A stretch of 63,737 bases of DNA, the filler included, from Choristocarpus tenellus KU-1152 (taxonomy: Eukaryota; Protista; Phaeophyceae): the NCBI GenBank assembly GCA_964200185.2. It is 10 parts of 10 records of this genome, joined end to end, with 100 filler letters (N's around TTAATTAATTAA, not from the genome) between each part and the next. Parts side by side here need not be neighbours in the genome. Positions count along the whole stretch, not along the records: positions 50,725 to 55,091 come from CAXNAD020014880.1; positions 55,192 to 63,737 come from CAXNAD020004601.1; 8 more parts are not named here. One strand, 5' to 3'. Made by a program: the position numbers and the translations under genes. Shown here piece by piece: positions 50,815 through 63,737 of this stretch. Each line of letters starts with the position of its first letter. The first letter of the stretch is position 1. Under the pieces are notes generated by a model, which saw only the letters and a list, made by a program, of their open reading frames with translations, was not told the origin of the DNA and did not search any database.

Positions 50815-51072
50815 GAGTCAAAGTATCTTAGAGGGTAGAGCCGCGTCCATTTGGGGGTCAAAATACAACGTTGCAATTTTGATGTAATTTTAGCTATCGT
50901 GTTTGTTATGAAGTGTCAATATCTATGTTTCGGACACACCTTTTCATAGCATATACATTTTACCTACTCTTAAACATTTTGGAGTAGGAAAATGTCATGA
51001 AAAACCCATGGGAAGCCAATCCCCAAACGGACAAAAAGGGAAAAATTCGTACCCTCTAAGATAGTTTCACTC
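50815..51072. mobile_element. MITE family B, full copy, TSD TTTT
   Basis: TIRs GAGTCAAAGTATCTTAGAGGGTA / TACCCTCTAAGATAGTTTCACTC; TTTT on both flanks. Confidence 0.9.
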
Positions 51073-51682
51073 TTTTGACTGGTGGAACTGTATCGTATCA
51101 AGGAACAAACAGATGAGTAGCCTATGCTTTAACATTGTGCAACAGCCAAGAGAAGTTCCTGGCAATGAAGACAATCTCTCCTCAGGAACAATGCTTGATC
51201 ACTTGATAACAATACATGGTTCAACAATGTAGATGGTTGTCAAGTCAAAATGAACTCTCACCAGGTTCACTAGCACACGTTTTTCACATCACAATGGTAA
51301 CAATTGGAAGAAGTATTCACAACAATTTATCGAGTGTGCCTGTAGCCTGCAGCACTCCCTCACGACTCACAATAGGAACTCAAAAAGGCTCATGAATAGT
51401 ACTCCCTACTATGACATACTTCTGTTTTTTGACAAATCTGGACAATGCCAAGAATGCAATGTCAAGACTGCCCAATTCAACTTCTAGATACACATTCCAG
51501 AAAGTCGTTGCGACAGTTAGAAGAGGATCTTTCCTTCAACTCAAAGACAAGACTAGAGTATGACCAAAACACAGTGCATCAAGACCTTGTCAATGAAACC
51601 ACCCTCTCTTGTCACACAACATGCATAATCTACACCACACAACACCTGATCAGGTGCACCAACAGGAAACGGAAGAAGATGA

Positions 51683-53900
51683 CTACTGCTTGGAAGCATA
51701 GTACTCGACAATTTTACTGTTACCAAGAACTCTCTCTCTGAGACCCTTTATTTGAGGGTAGGTGTCGGGGATAGTGGTGGGAATTCCGTCACGAGTCCCA
51801 GTTGATATCCAATGAGCAGTCTCACACACAGCCAAGTCAGCAGCACTCATCTGTAGGAAGGTACAGGACACGCCCAACACAGGATGCGAACAAGGCCAGG
51901 GGAGAGAGGGCACAAGATGAACAAGTTAACGAGAACATATATCACCTGGTAAGCGCCTCGTTTTAAAGTACCCCTACTACTGACTATTACCATAACAATC
52001 TTACCCTATGCAAACTCTCAAATATACTAGACGACTCATACTATGAAGCAACAATGGAAGAACTCTTATCTGTATGAACTATTACTTCATTGAGTGAAAC
52101 CGACTTCTTCGGACGACTATATATACTATGAAGCAACAACGGAAGTACTCTTATCTGTATGAACCATCACTTCATTAAGTGAAACGAACTCCTTCTGAAG
52201 GGGCGAGGACAGATCATGCCTACTCTGTCGCTTCACTCACAGCCCAACCAAGTCAGTCTTCAATGAAGGGACAAACTTTCACAATACACAGCACATACTT
52301 GCCAAACCTCAATCAGCAAGAGGACACTGAGAGTCGGAATGCCCCGGCAAAACAGGGAGGAAAACTATTCCTCTTGGGGCAAACTCTAGAACAAGAAGCT
52401 GTCTTCGTCCACCCTGAAGGGTATCTGGAATTTATATCCCACACCTCACAGAAGGACTAGCGAAGTGAGACAAACAACTCTTCTCTTGACTTCTGCACAC
52501 ACGAGGCTATAGTTAAACAATAAATTTCATAAACCCTTCATTTCCACTGCAAGGAAGTTGTTATTGGCAAATGTGTGTAGTAAAGATATCATGTTGTTGC
52601 ACAAAATGTCTATCACTTCGAACAACAACATTGGCTGTATACAGTGAGGGGACTTCCAAGGGCAACCTACCGATGTTCCCACTGCCCAGCCATTGCTGCC
52701 GTTCTCCTCATACCGCTTCTCAAATCGTTCAAACGCTTGCACAAGTGTCCTTGTCAATCCTACCCCATGGCAGCCTGGAATAGGAATTGCAATCATGGGA
52801 GAACAGGAACTAAGACATTCATAGTCCATCATGTCCAAGACATTCACTCATGTGGACCGATCTGTAGCAAGAACTTATCACCACAGAGAAACCATGGAGG
52901 ACTTGGTGCAAGACAATTGCCTTGATAGTGTACTTGGTCAATAAAGGACTCGATAACCCCACACCTTCTTCTCCGCATCCGACTCCGAGTCGAAGGCATT
53001 AACCACGCTGTTCATGTCCTGATAAGCGTCCAAGATCTGTGGAAAGGGTCATTGTGTACGAAATTGTCAGCTATTTGTGGTGAGAGTAGATAGGTTGACC
53101 ACTGTTTAGAATAGATGGTTCTTTCCCTCAATATGTATTTACAAGGCAATTGCTCATCTCGACACAGACCCACTCGAATTTTGTGAAGAACGGCAATGGA
53201 GAACGGTGGCATTAACTACCCCATGCATACACATCCCGATTCGATCATCAGGACAGCAACCGCCCAGGGAATTACGCTGGGCTGCACAACTGTCCGAATA
53301 CCCCTCAACATCCGGTCTATTCCTAGTCGAAAATCATCCCTAAGCAGACAGTTATTCTATCGATACCACGGTTGACTACGATATATGTACGTATGTCCTA
53401 GCCCTATCCAGGTAGTACACACCTCGTCTACCCTGGCAGCTTCGACAGGATCAGCTGGATAGAGTCCTCCTTTGCGAGACACAAATCGAAAAATGGCCAA
53501 GGTCTGCGAAATGGTGGTTGTCTTGCCATCAGTGCCAACGATGTCGAGAGATGGGACCTGAAGATGGAACAGGTGCACAAAATTCCAAAATTGTCGATGA
53601 AATGACCCTACATCTTCATGAAATGCTAGTGGGACCCTAATTCCATATCGACAAGACTTATGTAATCCGCCATTCTGATATCGTTTTATTGGCTAGGAGA
53701 ACTCTTGATCTTCGCGGACTCTACATATTTTCATTCGCTCTCACCGTTCCCCATCGTAGATCTCCTGATGCCTTCTTAGCCCTAAACTCTGCCGACGGGA
53801 TCCTGTAATCCTCGAAGGGGATATTGGCGATAACGAAGGCCTGCCTAATTGGCTCTGCTCTTCCAGCAATATTGAAGTAGGTGAGCTTGTAGGTTGTCAT
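51683..53900 (-). CDS. Glutathione S-transferase, sigma-class-like
   Basis: Exons 53900-53745 (MTTYKLTYFNIAGRAEPIR...), 53557-53423 (VPSLDI...ISQTLAIFRFV...LYPADPVEAARVDE), 53036-52965, 52774-52671 (...NGWAVGTS) and 51850-51683 (MSAADLAV...YPQIKGLRERV). Catalytic Tyr, cis-Pro and N-capping SxAD are present; the exon 3/4 phase is off by one nucleotide. Confidence 0.9.
52030..52197 (+). repeat. Two-copy tandem repeat (~83-nt unit) in the last GST intron
   Basis: gacgact..atactatgaagcaacaa.ggaag.actcttatctgtatgaac...acttcatt.agtgaaac occurs twice. Confidence 0.9.
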
Positions 53901-54310
53901 TTCTTTACGTGTTCGATATCGGAGTTGGACTCGTAGGTTTGGAGTCACAAAGGAACAGTACTAGTTAGGTTGATTGTGTTGTGTTTGGTGTTTGTAAGTG
54001 TTGTATTGGATTGGGATTCAAAAAAGCACATACCATGAAGGTCTATCATATTGTAGAATTGAAATTCCCCGCGGGAAGAAAAAAGAGCCGAGCAATTGGG
54101 TATACTGTATATATGTATCTTCAAATTTGCAAAAATGCAGATTCTGAAGAATTGTTTTTCGTGAGGCCTCACAACTTAGCACTTGTAACGAAGATTGATT
54201 TGGTGGCAACCAAATCAGTGCCACTTCACCTTGATCAGAGGTGAGAAAATCAAACATATCTGGGCAAAAGGAACGATCACGATTTCGATGTATCAGATAT
54301 GACCACGTCT

Positions 54311-54433
54311 GAACAGCCGATTTCAATATTATCAATACAAAAAAAAACATACCGACATTTTATCCCAGTCAATTTTGGGTCAAGCCCATCCTCAATGAAA
54401 AGCTCCATCCTCAATTTTTGAAATCGGCTGTTC
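54311..54433. mobile_element. MITE family D, copy 2, ~410 nt upstream of the GST start
   Basis: TIRs GAACAGCCGATTTCAA / TTGAAATCGGCTGTTC; flanked by CT...CT. Confidence 0.85.
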
Positions 54434-55566
54434 CTGGTCAAATCTTCAACGTGAAAAGGGAGCATGGACAAATACTAGCTAGTCTTATCATGAAATACTG
54501 TTAACTCCGGCAAGGAGATACAGATACCAAAAAAATGGACCATCATCTCAAATGAGGGAACAAGAATATGGGGGACTCTGAAAGGGAGCACCAAAATCGT
54601 GATCAAATTACAGCAGTATAGCTGCAGCACCAATCAGTATACATTTGCGTATATAAAATTCAACAGCACAATATCACATGGATGTTCTAATGACCTAGAA
54701 ACAAAATGGGAAAATAAAGAATAAAAAATATAAAAATAAAATAAATCAATTTTAAACCGTGGACAAACACGGGGATGGAGTTGGCTATACACCATCACTG
54801 AAATAACGGTTGAACAAAACCGCTATCCTCCTGAAAAAGAAAAGAAAGAAAAGAAAGGAAAGATGAAAGAAAATCCAAAGTGAGAGTTTATGAAGTAAAC
54901 TGAGTTTTGTGGGCGGAAGAATTCTGGTTGGCTGGGGACACAGGATAAGAATGTGGGGAAAAGGAAAAGAAGTAGGAAGAGAAGGAATAGTTAAGGAAGG
55001 AACGAGACGGTTAATGGAAATGAGTGGCAGGTGAAAGCAAAGGAAGGCAGTCAGAAGAATCAGGGGTACGAGACGAGGAGGGGAGAACAAGNNNNNNNNN
55101 NNNNNNNNNNNNNNNNNNNNNNNNNNNNNNNNNNNTTAATTAATTAANNNNNNNNNNNNNNNNNNNNNNNNNNNNNNNNNNNNNNNNNNNNGTGCCGAGT
55201 GTTCCTCCAAGGAGGTCCCGGGGCAGGGAGGGGCAAGACAAGACCTCTCTTGCCTGGTCTCGACATGTGCTGCATTCGATACTATTCTTTAAATAAGATA
55301 ACGTTACTGTTACTCAAGTAGTGGTAGAAGTAGTAGTTCTCAGGGGCAGGTTAGCTATAGTTCCCTCTCCTCTAGATCTCTTCACACACACACACAAAAC
55401 ACACAACAGAAGATTCACAGGTACATACATAGGCATGCAGCATGCACACTGACACACAAGCCCCCCCCCCCCCGCTGCATGCACATTTTCCTCCACTTCT
55501 CATCCACGGTGTCGTACCTGCCACTGTATCACGTCACGTCATATCATGTTATGTTGCAATAAATAG

Positions 55567-56476
55567 ATATTTGCAAGGGCCAAGGATGCCAAGCATCAGA
55601 AGCGGCTCAGCACCATCATGGATGTCGTGTCCATGGTGCCGATCCTCCCTGAGGATTCAGTGATGGTGAGCCTACCCTTTGGGGGGGCTGTGTTGCGCAG
55701 CCTGGGTCTGTCGGCGGAGGAGGTGAACATCCTCCTGGAAGAGACAAGGAAGAAATTCATCTTGGAGAAGGGTGAGAAGAGATATTTTTCCTTTTTTTCT
55801 TTTTTATTGGGGGGGGGGGAGGCAGGTGGAGGATTGGAGTGCAGAGGAGTTTGTCGGGTTTGAGTATCCTATGGGTTGAATGTGGCCTTAGAGGCGTTAC
55901 GTTTGTCTGTGTTTTGTTTTGTTTTGTTTTTTCGTATTAGCTGCAACTTCCGCACCCCTCCACCTTGAAACAAGTCTTGTTGATCTGTCTGAAGTATTGC
56001 ATACATACATACCATCAGTGCCAGAGTATACAATCTACGGTTAATGAGGGCCCTCTCCTTTTGTGTAGGTAAAGGGAGAGAGGGAGAGAGAGAGAGAGTA
56101 CCCGATTGTTCTAATAATAATGTTCTTGCTTCGTTTTTATTTTTTATTTGTTTTTGTTGCAGGACTGGATGAGGAGGAGGAGGATAATCTGTTCCGTCAA
56201 CTGGGGATTGTTTCAGAGGCTGATAACGAGAGGGATGAGCTCTCCATGGTCTTGAAGGAAGAGAGGTCTGTCATGGATACAGAGGTGGTCCAGGTGGCAG
56301 ATATCGTTGGGAAGTCAGTGGGACAACAACAAGAAGCAGCCATTATCCACGCCACAGGTGGTGATGAAGGGGACTTTGAGGCCGTTGCGAAAGGTTTTCC
56401 TGTGACAGGAGGTGCTGAAGGTGTTGTTCCTGACACAGGGGAAGGAGAAGACGTGCCAGTGTCCACCACAACGTAA
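55567..56476 (+). CDS. Last two exons of a hypothetical protein with an acidic C-terminus
   Basis: Exon 55567-55771 (IFARAKDAKHQKRLSTIMDVV...KFILEKG, G|GTGAGA donor) joins in phase 1 to 56163-56476 (LDEEEEDNLFRQLG...STTT*). Confidence 0.7.
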
Positions 56477-58883
56477 CAGAACTGGTATCTTGTGATAGGC
56501 ACTATCTAGGAGATACACTTTTCTTGATCTCAATGTTTAAGGCAAGTGAAGACAGGAGTGGTCTGGCCTGCCTGCAGGCCTACACCTCGGTGAGGACGAC
56601 TTGACCTTGACCTGTCTGAGCCATGGTTAACAAGTCATATGAAAGGAGTGTAACCTGGGAGGGGTTTTTGCCCAGCCTTTCCCCAGTGTGCATGCAATTA
56701 TACAGGTGTTCCTTTTGAGGGCACCAAGTGGTTTCACTCTGTGTGTCCTTCACAGAGTGACTGGACGTAGAATGGACGTGGGGAGGAGTGTGATGAATCC
56801 GTTCACACATGTGAAGGGAGTATGCTTTGATGCTTTAAAAAAAAATAGTTTTGTCTTCCTGTGGCTGTGGGAAAGATTAAAAAAAAGGGAGGAAGGGTTT
56901 AATCTGTGATGGAGTTTGCTAGAGATGTTGATGACAGGGCGTGTGAACGTTGCTTGCTTCCGAGGTTGAGCAATAGGTACAGAGAGTCTGTATGTGTAAG
57001 AACGTGAGTGTGTGGGTTTTGAGGAGGTGTACTTCATTGGTGTGTTGTTAGCAATAGTGTAGGTGTGTAGAAGATTTGATGTCCAGAAAGAGAACAGAGA
57101 CATGAGAGAGAGGATGCCCTGCATCAACCTTGCTCTTTTTTAGTGAAGTGTGGTGGGGAACCTGTGGGTACCAACTTCTGAGAGATGTACACAACCATGA
57201 GACTTTGTTGTGAGCACAGGTAGCAAGCACGAAGGGGTGATGTGGTTGTGGAATTTTGTGGGGTTCCTGTGTGCCTGGTGTAATGGGCGATAGGAAAGAG
57301 GTTTGATCGACTCTTTGGGGAGAGGTGGGCGTGCACAAGACCATGTGAAGGGGGCTGGTGATGCTTAGCTTGCTTATCGGTTGTGGACCATTGTCTCTTT
57401 TATGTCTGCACTTATGTTTGCTGGAGGGGTTGTTGGTACCTGGAGGCTGTTGTACGTGTCGATTGTGTCTGTATGTGTGTGTGTCATGCTGGGTTGCATG
57501 GTGTAGGGGGAGTGGTTGATGGTACAATTAACTGTTTTCTGTATCATGGGACTCTTGAATGGGGTGAATGGGGTTAGTTTTGTCCGACGTATTGCTTCAA
57601 AGGAAAATTGTATCAAGTCATCATCATTTGGGCAACAATGCGACCAACGATATTTTGAAGGAGGCAAAGAAAAAGCAGGAGCGTTTTGTTTATTCATGAG
57701 TGAAGCAAGCCAGAACTCTTCTCAACCACGGAGAGAAGGGTTAAGAGAGACTAGAGCAGCTTGATTTGGTAGGTACTCCCAAAGAGTGAACAATGCACAG
57801 TATATGGTAGACTGATGAGAGTGGACAACTTGGTTGAGATGGTGCATGGTGAGACAAGATTTGTTTGCATGGGACACAATGGTAGTGGATGATTTCAGCG
57901 TTGTAATGGAGAGGGAAGCAAGCACTGTTCAAATTTTCTCCTGCTTATTGGGAAGGAGGCAGAGGGTACTGGGAGCACTGTTCTCGTTCAGTGAGCCATG
58001 GCAGGGTGCTTTATTTTGTTTTTTTCCATTTTCAGCACCCGCCATTATACTGTTCTATTGTCATATCATACCTGGAGAGAGAAAGAGCTAATGAGTTAAT
58101 CAGAGCTTCTCTTCTGTTAGGCAAGATGTTCGATCCGGAATGGGGACTTATTTCATTAACTCTTTTCTTGGATGATGGTTGTGTTTAAAAGCAGTCAAGT
58201 AGTGCTTGTGCTTCACTCATCAGTCGGTCATTTCAGATTTCAAGAAATTATGTTCTTGCTCGCTCTACAAGTATATTTTTCTCCTGGAAAGATGTTAACG
58301 TTGGATCGCAGTACTTGATTGCACGTTGGGGTAGTGGATCTCTGTTGAGATCTCATTTGCGTCGCACTCACGTAAACGATTTTTGTATCACACAATGTCC
58401 CCTGCAATCGCCCCCACTCCAATCGTGCTCATGAGAGGCGTTGGCGTCTGCACACACTCCTCCTCCCACTGCTGTTAGTATTACCAAGTGATCAGTATGT
58501 TTCCTTATGGTCTCGCTCAACCAAGTGATGGATGTTTTCCCTCAAGTGTAAAATTGAACCTGTGCAGTTGCCTGGCTTGATGCATGATGCGAATCATTTG
58601 GCCCTGTGCTTTAAAATCATGTGCAAAAAACCCCCCATGCAATTTGTGCCGTCCCTTTGTCCAATAACACTTCCTCAGAAGGGTGGAGGGTCAGGTACTC
58701 GTGGTGAAGTGTTAAAATGCCCTTTTCCATCTGCTGCCATTGAATGCCCTTATTTTTGCACACTGCATACATGTTGTTGATGGAATTGCCCAGGTGTAGG
58801 AGAGTGAATCAAACGACACCTACATTTTCAATGAACAAGGGATAGGTTATAGAAACATAGAAGAAGTCAGAGAGGGAACACCA

Positions 58884-59064
58884 GGCTCAAAGTATCTGGG
58901 GGGGGTGGCGGCTGTCCATTTGGGGCCCATTTTTCCATGTCGCGATTTTTGGGTTATTTGGTTGCATGCGTCGGATGGATAATGTAAGTTCACTTCTCCT
59001 GGTCAGGGACCGAATGGACACCCTGGTGTAGACCCCCCCACCCACCCCCCAGATACTTTGAGCC
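58884..59064. mobile_element. MITE family C, full copy
   Basis: Perfect TIRs GGCTCAAAGTATCTGGGGGG / CCCCCCAGATACTTTGAGCC; flanks ACCA/ACAA (possible 4-bp TSD with one mismatch). Confidence 0.9.
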
Positions 59065-62000
59065 ACAACTCTCTCTTATCTGTTCAAATTTCAATAAATT
59101 GCAGCACTTGCCTGGAGGTAGGGAGGGTTGTCCCTCCACCACCAGTCGCTCACCTGAGGCTGTGATGTTGCCCTCCTCCGACAGGAGGCATTATGTGTAC
59201 GTCTGGAGCCTTCATTGTCTTTGCCCGGTCGTTGAAATACCCTAAGCTCTTCTCCACCATCTTCCCTCCCTTCAAAGGTATGTACCTCAGTCGGTGGTAC
59301 CAACTTTACTTTCTGGTATGAAAGTTTGCCTCACGTTTCAAGGTCTTCCTCCTACTGCTCCTCCTTATCAAGTTCTCGGCATACAACTGACAGCATATTA
59401 TGAACCACCAGGAGAATGAGATACATGGTAATGTGTTACGGTACATGTGCATCATCAGTAGCTGACCCTCCTGTAGGACCAAAGTTCCCTGATGAACCAC
59501 CCAGCAAAATATCACCACTAGTCCATCAAATCCTCGTACTTTTGACAAAATCAAACACAAACTAGAGAATTCGGGGACCACGCTGTGTTGCAGAGTACAC
59601 ACATGACGACCAAGCACCTATTACACAATCCCTATGCTGCTCTTGTACGCCCTTAAAGAAGCAAAAGCTACATGTTGTAGGGATATTGATGTTACTCAAT
59701 ACCACCAGGAACATTATAATTAACAAGGAACTATTGGCCTCCTCCAACTGAGCCAGCACAGATCCCGCAGTTAGGCAATGAAAGCATAGTATCCATACAC
59801 TGTAGTGCTCTTTCTTGCCAGGTTCTTGCTGTGTACCACCCTGTCAGAATGACCTGACTAAGTACCTGCACTTAAAAAATGTAGGGTGAGACTTGGAATG
59901 GGTGCGAATATCTGGAGCAGGGTTTTTCACCTGAGCTGTAGTTACCTGGAACGACTGGCTGGACTGGGGCCATTGACCGGCCTGCAGCTCAGTCTGGTTA
60001 CAATCTGTGTCGACTTTAGACTGGCTCAATTAAACGATGAGTCAACCGAGGCTGACCTCGGACCTGGTCCAGTTCAGTTGAAATCTGAGACGGTCCTCGA
60101 CCGGTCCTGTTTAGATATATTGTACTGGGGACAGCCCTTGACCTGGTCCAGTTAGAATCTTAGACAGCTCTGGATTAAAAATGTACTACTACATGACAAG
60201 TCCAGTCAAGATGTGTTGGGCTGATCCAGTCGAAAGTATGTGGAGCCAACCCTTAAATGAACCTAAAATCTTGTTGGGATAAAGGTACTTTAATTAAATC
60301 CCTTTTGTTGTAAAATAACTTCATCACCAAAAGCTTATCCGAAATCTGACCAGTTCTACACAATACATCTACTCGAAGTGGAGCATCCCAGTCCAGGTAC
60401 AGTCTCTGGCTGCCCAGGACCAGCTCTGAAGAACCATGCTTCACTGGGTCTGTTGAAACATTTCTCGGCAGGGGTTGCCTGCAGTATGGTCAAATTGAGA
60501 TCTGTGACAGCCCAAGACCAATTCATTTTATGTGTTTCTTGCTAGGATCAACATGGTCTCATCACATCTACCTGGTCTGATGAAAGGCCCTGCCACTCAT
60601 TCTATCTGGGGATGATTGGATTAGCATTAGGGCTGAGCTATAATATGGTGAAGTAGTGGGTAGTATCAAAAAGAGCGTCATGGACTTATCATTCGAGAGT
60701 TGTTGAAGATAAGTTGGAGGGAGGAATCTCCATGGAGGAAGGGGTGTGGATGAGACAGCTGGAGATGGTGTGCGGATATAATATGTGGCAAGCTGGACTA
60801 TTCTCACTCTAGTTGCAACTTACAGTTTTCATCGTGTCTTCTCCTTGGCAAACCAGTTAGAGACGGTTGAGTTCAGACAAAAAAAAGATTGGATACTTCA
60901 ACTCGAGGCACTCCTGTCTACAACCTGTTACTCTTGTACCATGCCCTGCTCCCATTGATGACAAATGATGGGCTTACGAGAGGAGACTATGCTCGATCGG
61001 TTACTATTCGCCATGGAAGAATTCTGACACATTCTCGATGTGAAGAAATTGCAAGACTGATGTAGTGGATAAAGATGAGTGTGAGATGTCACGGGAAATT
61101 GTACAATATACTACAAATATTGGTAATAATAATACTACTACTATGAAATGATTATCTCCACAACCCATGATAAAATGTCACTTGTAAAAGAACATCCGCC
61201 ATGGCTTCCACCACAATGCCATCGATCGACTCCTCTCGTCCTTAAGAACATATCTGATTTTCGTTTAAGTGTGAATAGAGGGTATTTTTGAGTCGACAAG
61301 AAGAGTGCATTGGTCCAATAGTAACACGTCGACCAAACCTGTCCAAAACTAAGGGATACAATGTTCGCGAGCGAGCGCGAGATTTCGCCGAGGTAAAAGC
61401 AATGAACATCACCAACCTAAATCAGGTCCATCACCTTGAGCTTTGAGCGACAACACATAGCCTCCTTTCGAGAGACTTGACAAGATCCTTTCAAAGAGAG
61501 GTATTTTGATTTGTTTATCTGCTAACGCCACTATTCGAAGGCGAAGGTGTAAGCCTGCTGCCTTCCACACACCAAAGGCAATCATTGCCTGTAACAACAA
61601 TGTTGTTAGATTGTCGACCTCAAGAAGGCGTTGTGATCGATAAGTAAGGTTGGTCGGGCCTAATTTAGCGAGATATATCTCGCCCTGGTTGTCATTGCGT
61701 CGTGTGACCTTATGCTGGTAAAGTTAGGCATTTTAACCTATTGGTACAAGTTGATTTTCCACCGTATTACTTTTTCCTCTCGCTCGATTGGTGTGCAGTT
61801 CTTCGTGCTTCTCGTCGTTGATGGATCCCTTTCCACAAACCTAAATGCCGTGCAATATCTTTCGATTTGAAGTCCACCAATACATTAGCGTTATTCTACT
61901 GATCAACATGGCAAGACTCTGCGCAACCAAGTCGAATGTACTTCGAAGATGGGGTATCACTTGCTGTTTTGATGGTGTAGAGCAATGACAGAGCAACAGT

Positions 62001-63737
62001 CGAATAAGAGAAGTTGATATAAGTGCTGCGTGTGTAGCTGTGTTCTTACCGCCCTCCTCTTCTGAATTGTCCTGCCCACCAACACAGAGTATAGACTAAA
62101 CGATTACACAATCGGCCCAACGAGAGTAACAAGAAACGCTATTGGCCGATTCTTCTGAAGTCCATCGCATTATTTTGGACCATGTCCAAGCCAGGCGCAG
62201 CGCTGCCGCAGGTCTTCATGGACATCAGGATTGGCCAGCGAAAAGGTATCGCTATTCCAGATTCTACTTCCAGTGGATGTTGATATGAAAGTCTCTGGGT
62301 TACCTTTGATGGAGGATGGTTTCCACACAAACGTACAGTATAAGTCCATTTTTCTATGGTGCAGTGTTTCATTTTAGACTTGTAAAAGTAGGTTTTACCG
62401 AGCGAGATTTTTGGAGCACAAGCGCAAAAAATCTACATAATGTGGCAATCAGGGTGCTCCCTATGAGCAGGGGGAATCAACAATGCTTGGTGATGCTTGG
62501 TGCATGTGTCCAGTGATTGGTCTCCTGGAAGTGATTATGCACATTTATCAAATGCGAGGCCACAGGTATATATCTTGATCTTAGAGCTAAGGTTTTCGTG
62601 TTCCAAACGATGTATATCCAGCTCATTATTTCGTGTTATCTCTCTTAGCTGTGCAAGCCCTGTTGTGTGGTCTCTGGGCCCTGAGAAAGACGTTTGATGT
62701 CACACACAGCCGAAGTATCTTCAACCTACTTAGTAGTCAACAACTAGAAATTGGCAAAACAAGACCTCGTCAGTGTACCACCAGAAGTAAACCCGTGGTG
62801 GAGGCTACACACCTCAAGCACAAACACAGTACGAATCGCATGGGTTTGGTGAAAACACTGACAAGCCCCCAGTTCAGTCGGCCATAATACCTTTTCGAAA
62901 GACTAAAAGAGAGGAGGCCAAAGACAGATGCACAAAAACCAACTAAACGGAGAAGTAGAGGGGCCCAGCGAAGAAGTAGATTGTCTTTTTTCGAGGAGCA
63001 GTGTCAATACCATACCACCATGCGCATGACTTACTGTTGACAATGGAAGGCTATCGCAAATGTACTTTATTGGCACAGGGTTGTGACACAGCACAACGTA
63101 CTACTGTTACTTTGGTTACACTACCAATTTTTTCCCCTGCTGCTACTCGTGTTGTAGTAGCCGGTCCACAGGACGAATCTGTTTCTTTGTTCTTTTTTTT
63201 GTATTTGTGTGTGTGTGTGTGTTGATGTTAGTGAAGCTGCACAGGGTTTCACCCAGGATCTTGCAACTCAGCACCAACACCACGATTCAACCGACATAAG
63301 ACCGCTGTAGTGTAAAAAAATATATATTTTTTTGAGAGGTTTAGGGGAAGCTGGGCATTTGCCGAGGCGTGGATTTGTGAGTGATCAAGAAGCAGGCTCT
63401 TTTTCTGTGCTACCCAACAAAAAATCACCGGGAGGCGTTTGGATTCCTTTTTTTACATTTTTCTTCTTCTTTTTACACCTGTCCGTGGTGAACCAGCTGT
63501 CCTGTTTCATATCACCCACTTGTCTAGTCTCTTTTTCTGTTTGTATAATTATGCTCTTGAGTGCACATATTGTGCAAATATATATATATATATATATGCG
63601 TATGTATATGTATATTTTTATTCATCAGCATTATCATTTCATTGACTCCACATTTCCTACGAGGCAAACATTCTAACGCTAACGTTCATCTGTGTTGTGT
63701 TGTCTTGTGTTGTCTTGTGTTGTGGGGGCGGGGGGGG

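Noticed and set aside
52030-52197. Intronic tandem repeat as a C/D snoRNA pair or CRISPR-like array
   Set aside because: No proper C (RTGATGA) and D (CTGA) boxes on the GST sense strand; only two units and no unique spacers.
9002-55191. Nine identical TTAATTAATTAA palindromes as a biological repeat or array
   Set aside because: Each is centred in exactly 44+44 Ns; this is an artificial six-frame-stop scaffold linker.
61409-62372. Minus-strand open frames as a gene or TE protein
   Set aside because: No recognisable motif or consistent splice structure.

Overview
Eukaryotic, intron-rich, repeat-rich draft scaffold: ten contigs joined by nine artificial 100-nt linkers (44N-TTAATTAATTAA-44N), so adjacency across gaps is uncertain. 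A bipartite plastid presequence (signal peptide ending TRA|F) points to a photosynthetic stramenopile, probably brown-alga-like (inference). Genes reconstructed by hand from splice sites: 5' part of a plastid soluble inorganic pyrophosphatase (-); complete NAA38/LSMD1 (-), head-to-head with a PITAMRE/DWG CDK9/12-type kinase (+, partial); GID8/TWA1 (-, partial); a sigma-type GST (-, with a frame anomaly); a 7-repeat FG-GAP protein pseudogene (+); and several hypothetical exons. Mobile DNA: a decayed Ty3/Gypsy element with an RNase H deletion and non-matching candidate LTRs, an RTE-like LINE RT fragment, and four MITE families, three of which share G(A/G)NYCAAAGTA termini (Sola-like; exact 4-bp TSDs in two copies of one family). 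The least explained region is a ~4.5 kb island (4.1-8.5 kb) of compact, stop-riddled ORFs with PHD-like, OTU-like and IQ motifs lying between two copies of one MITE. I see no CRISPR, rRNA or tRNA, and no novel system I can assert with confidence.
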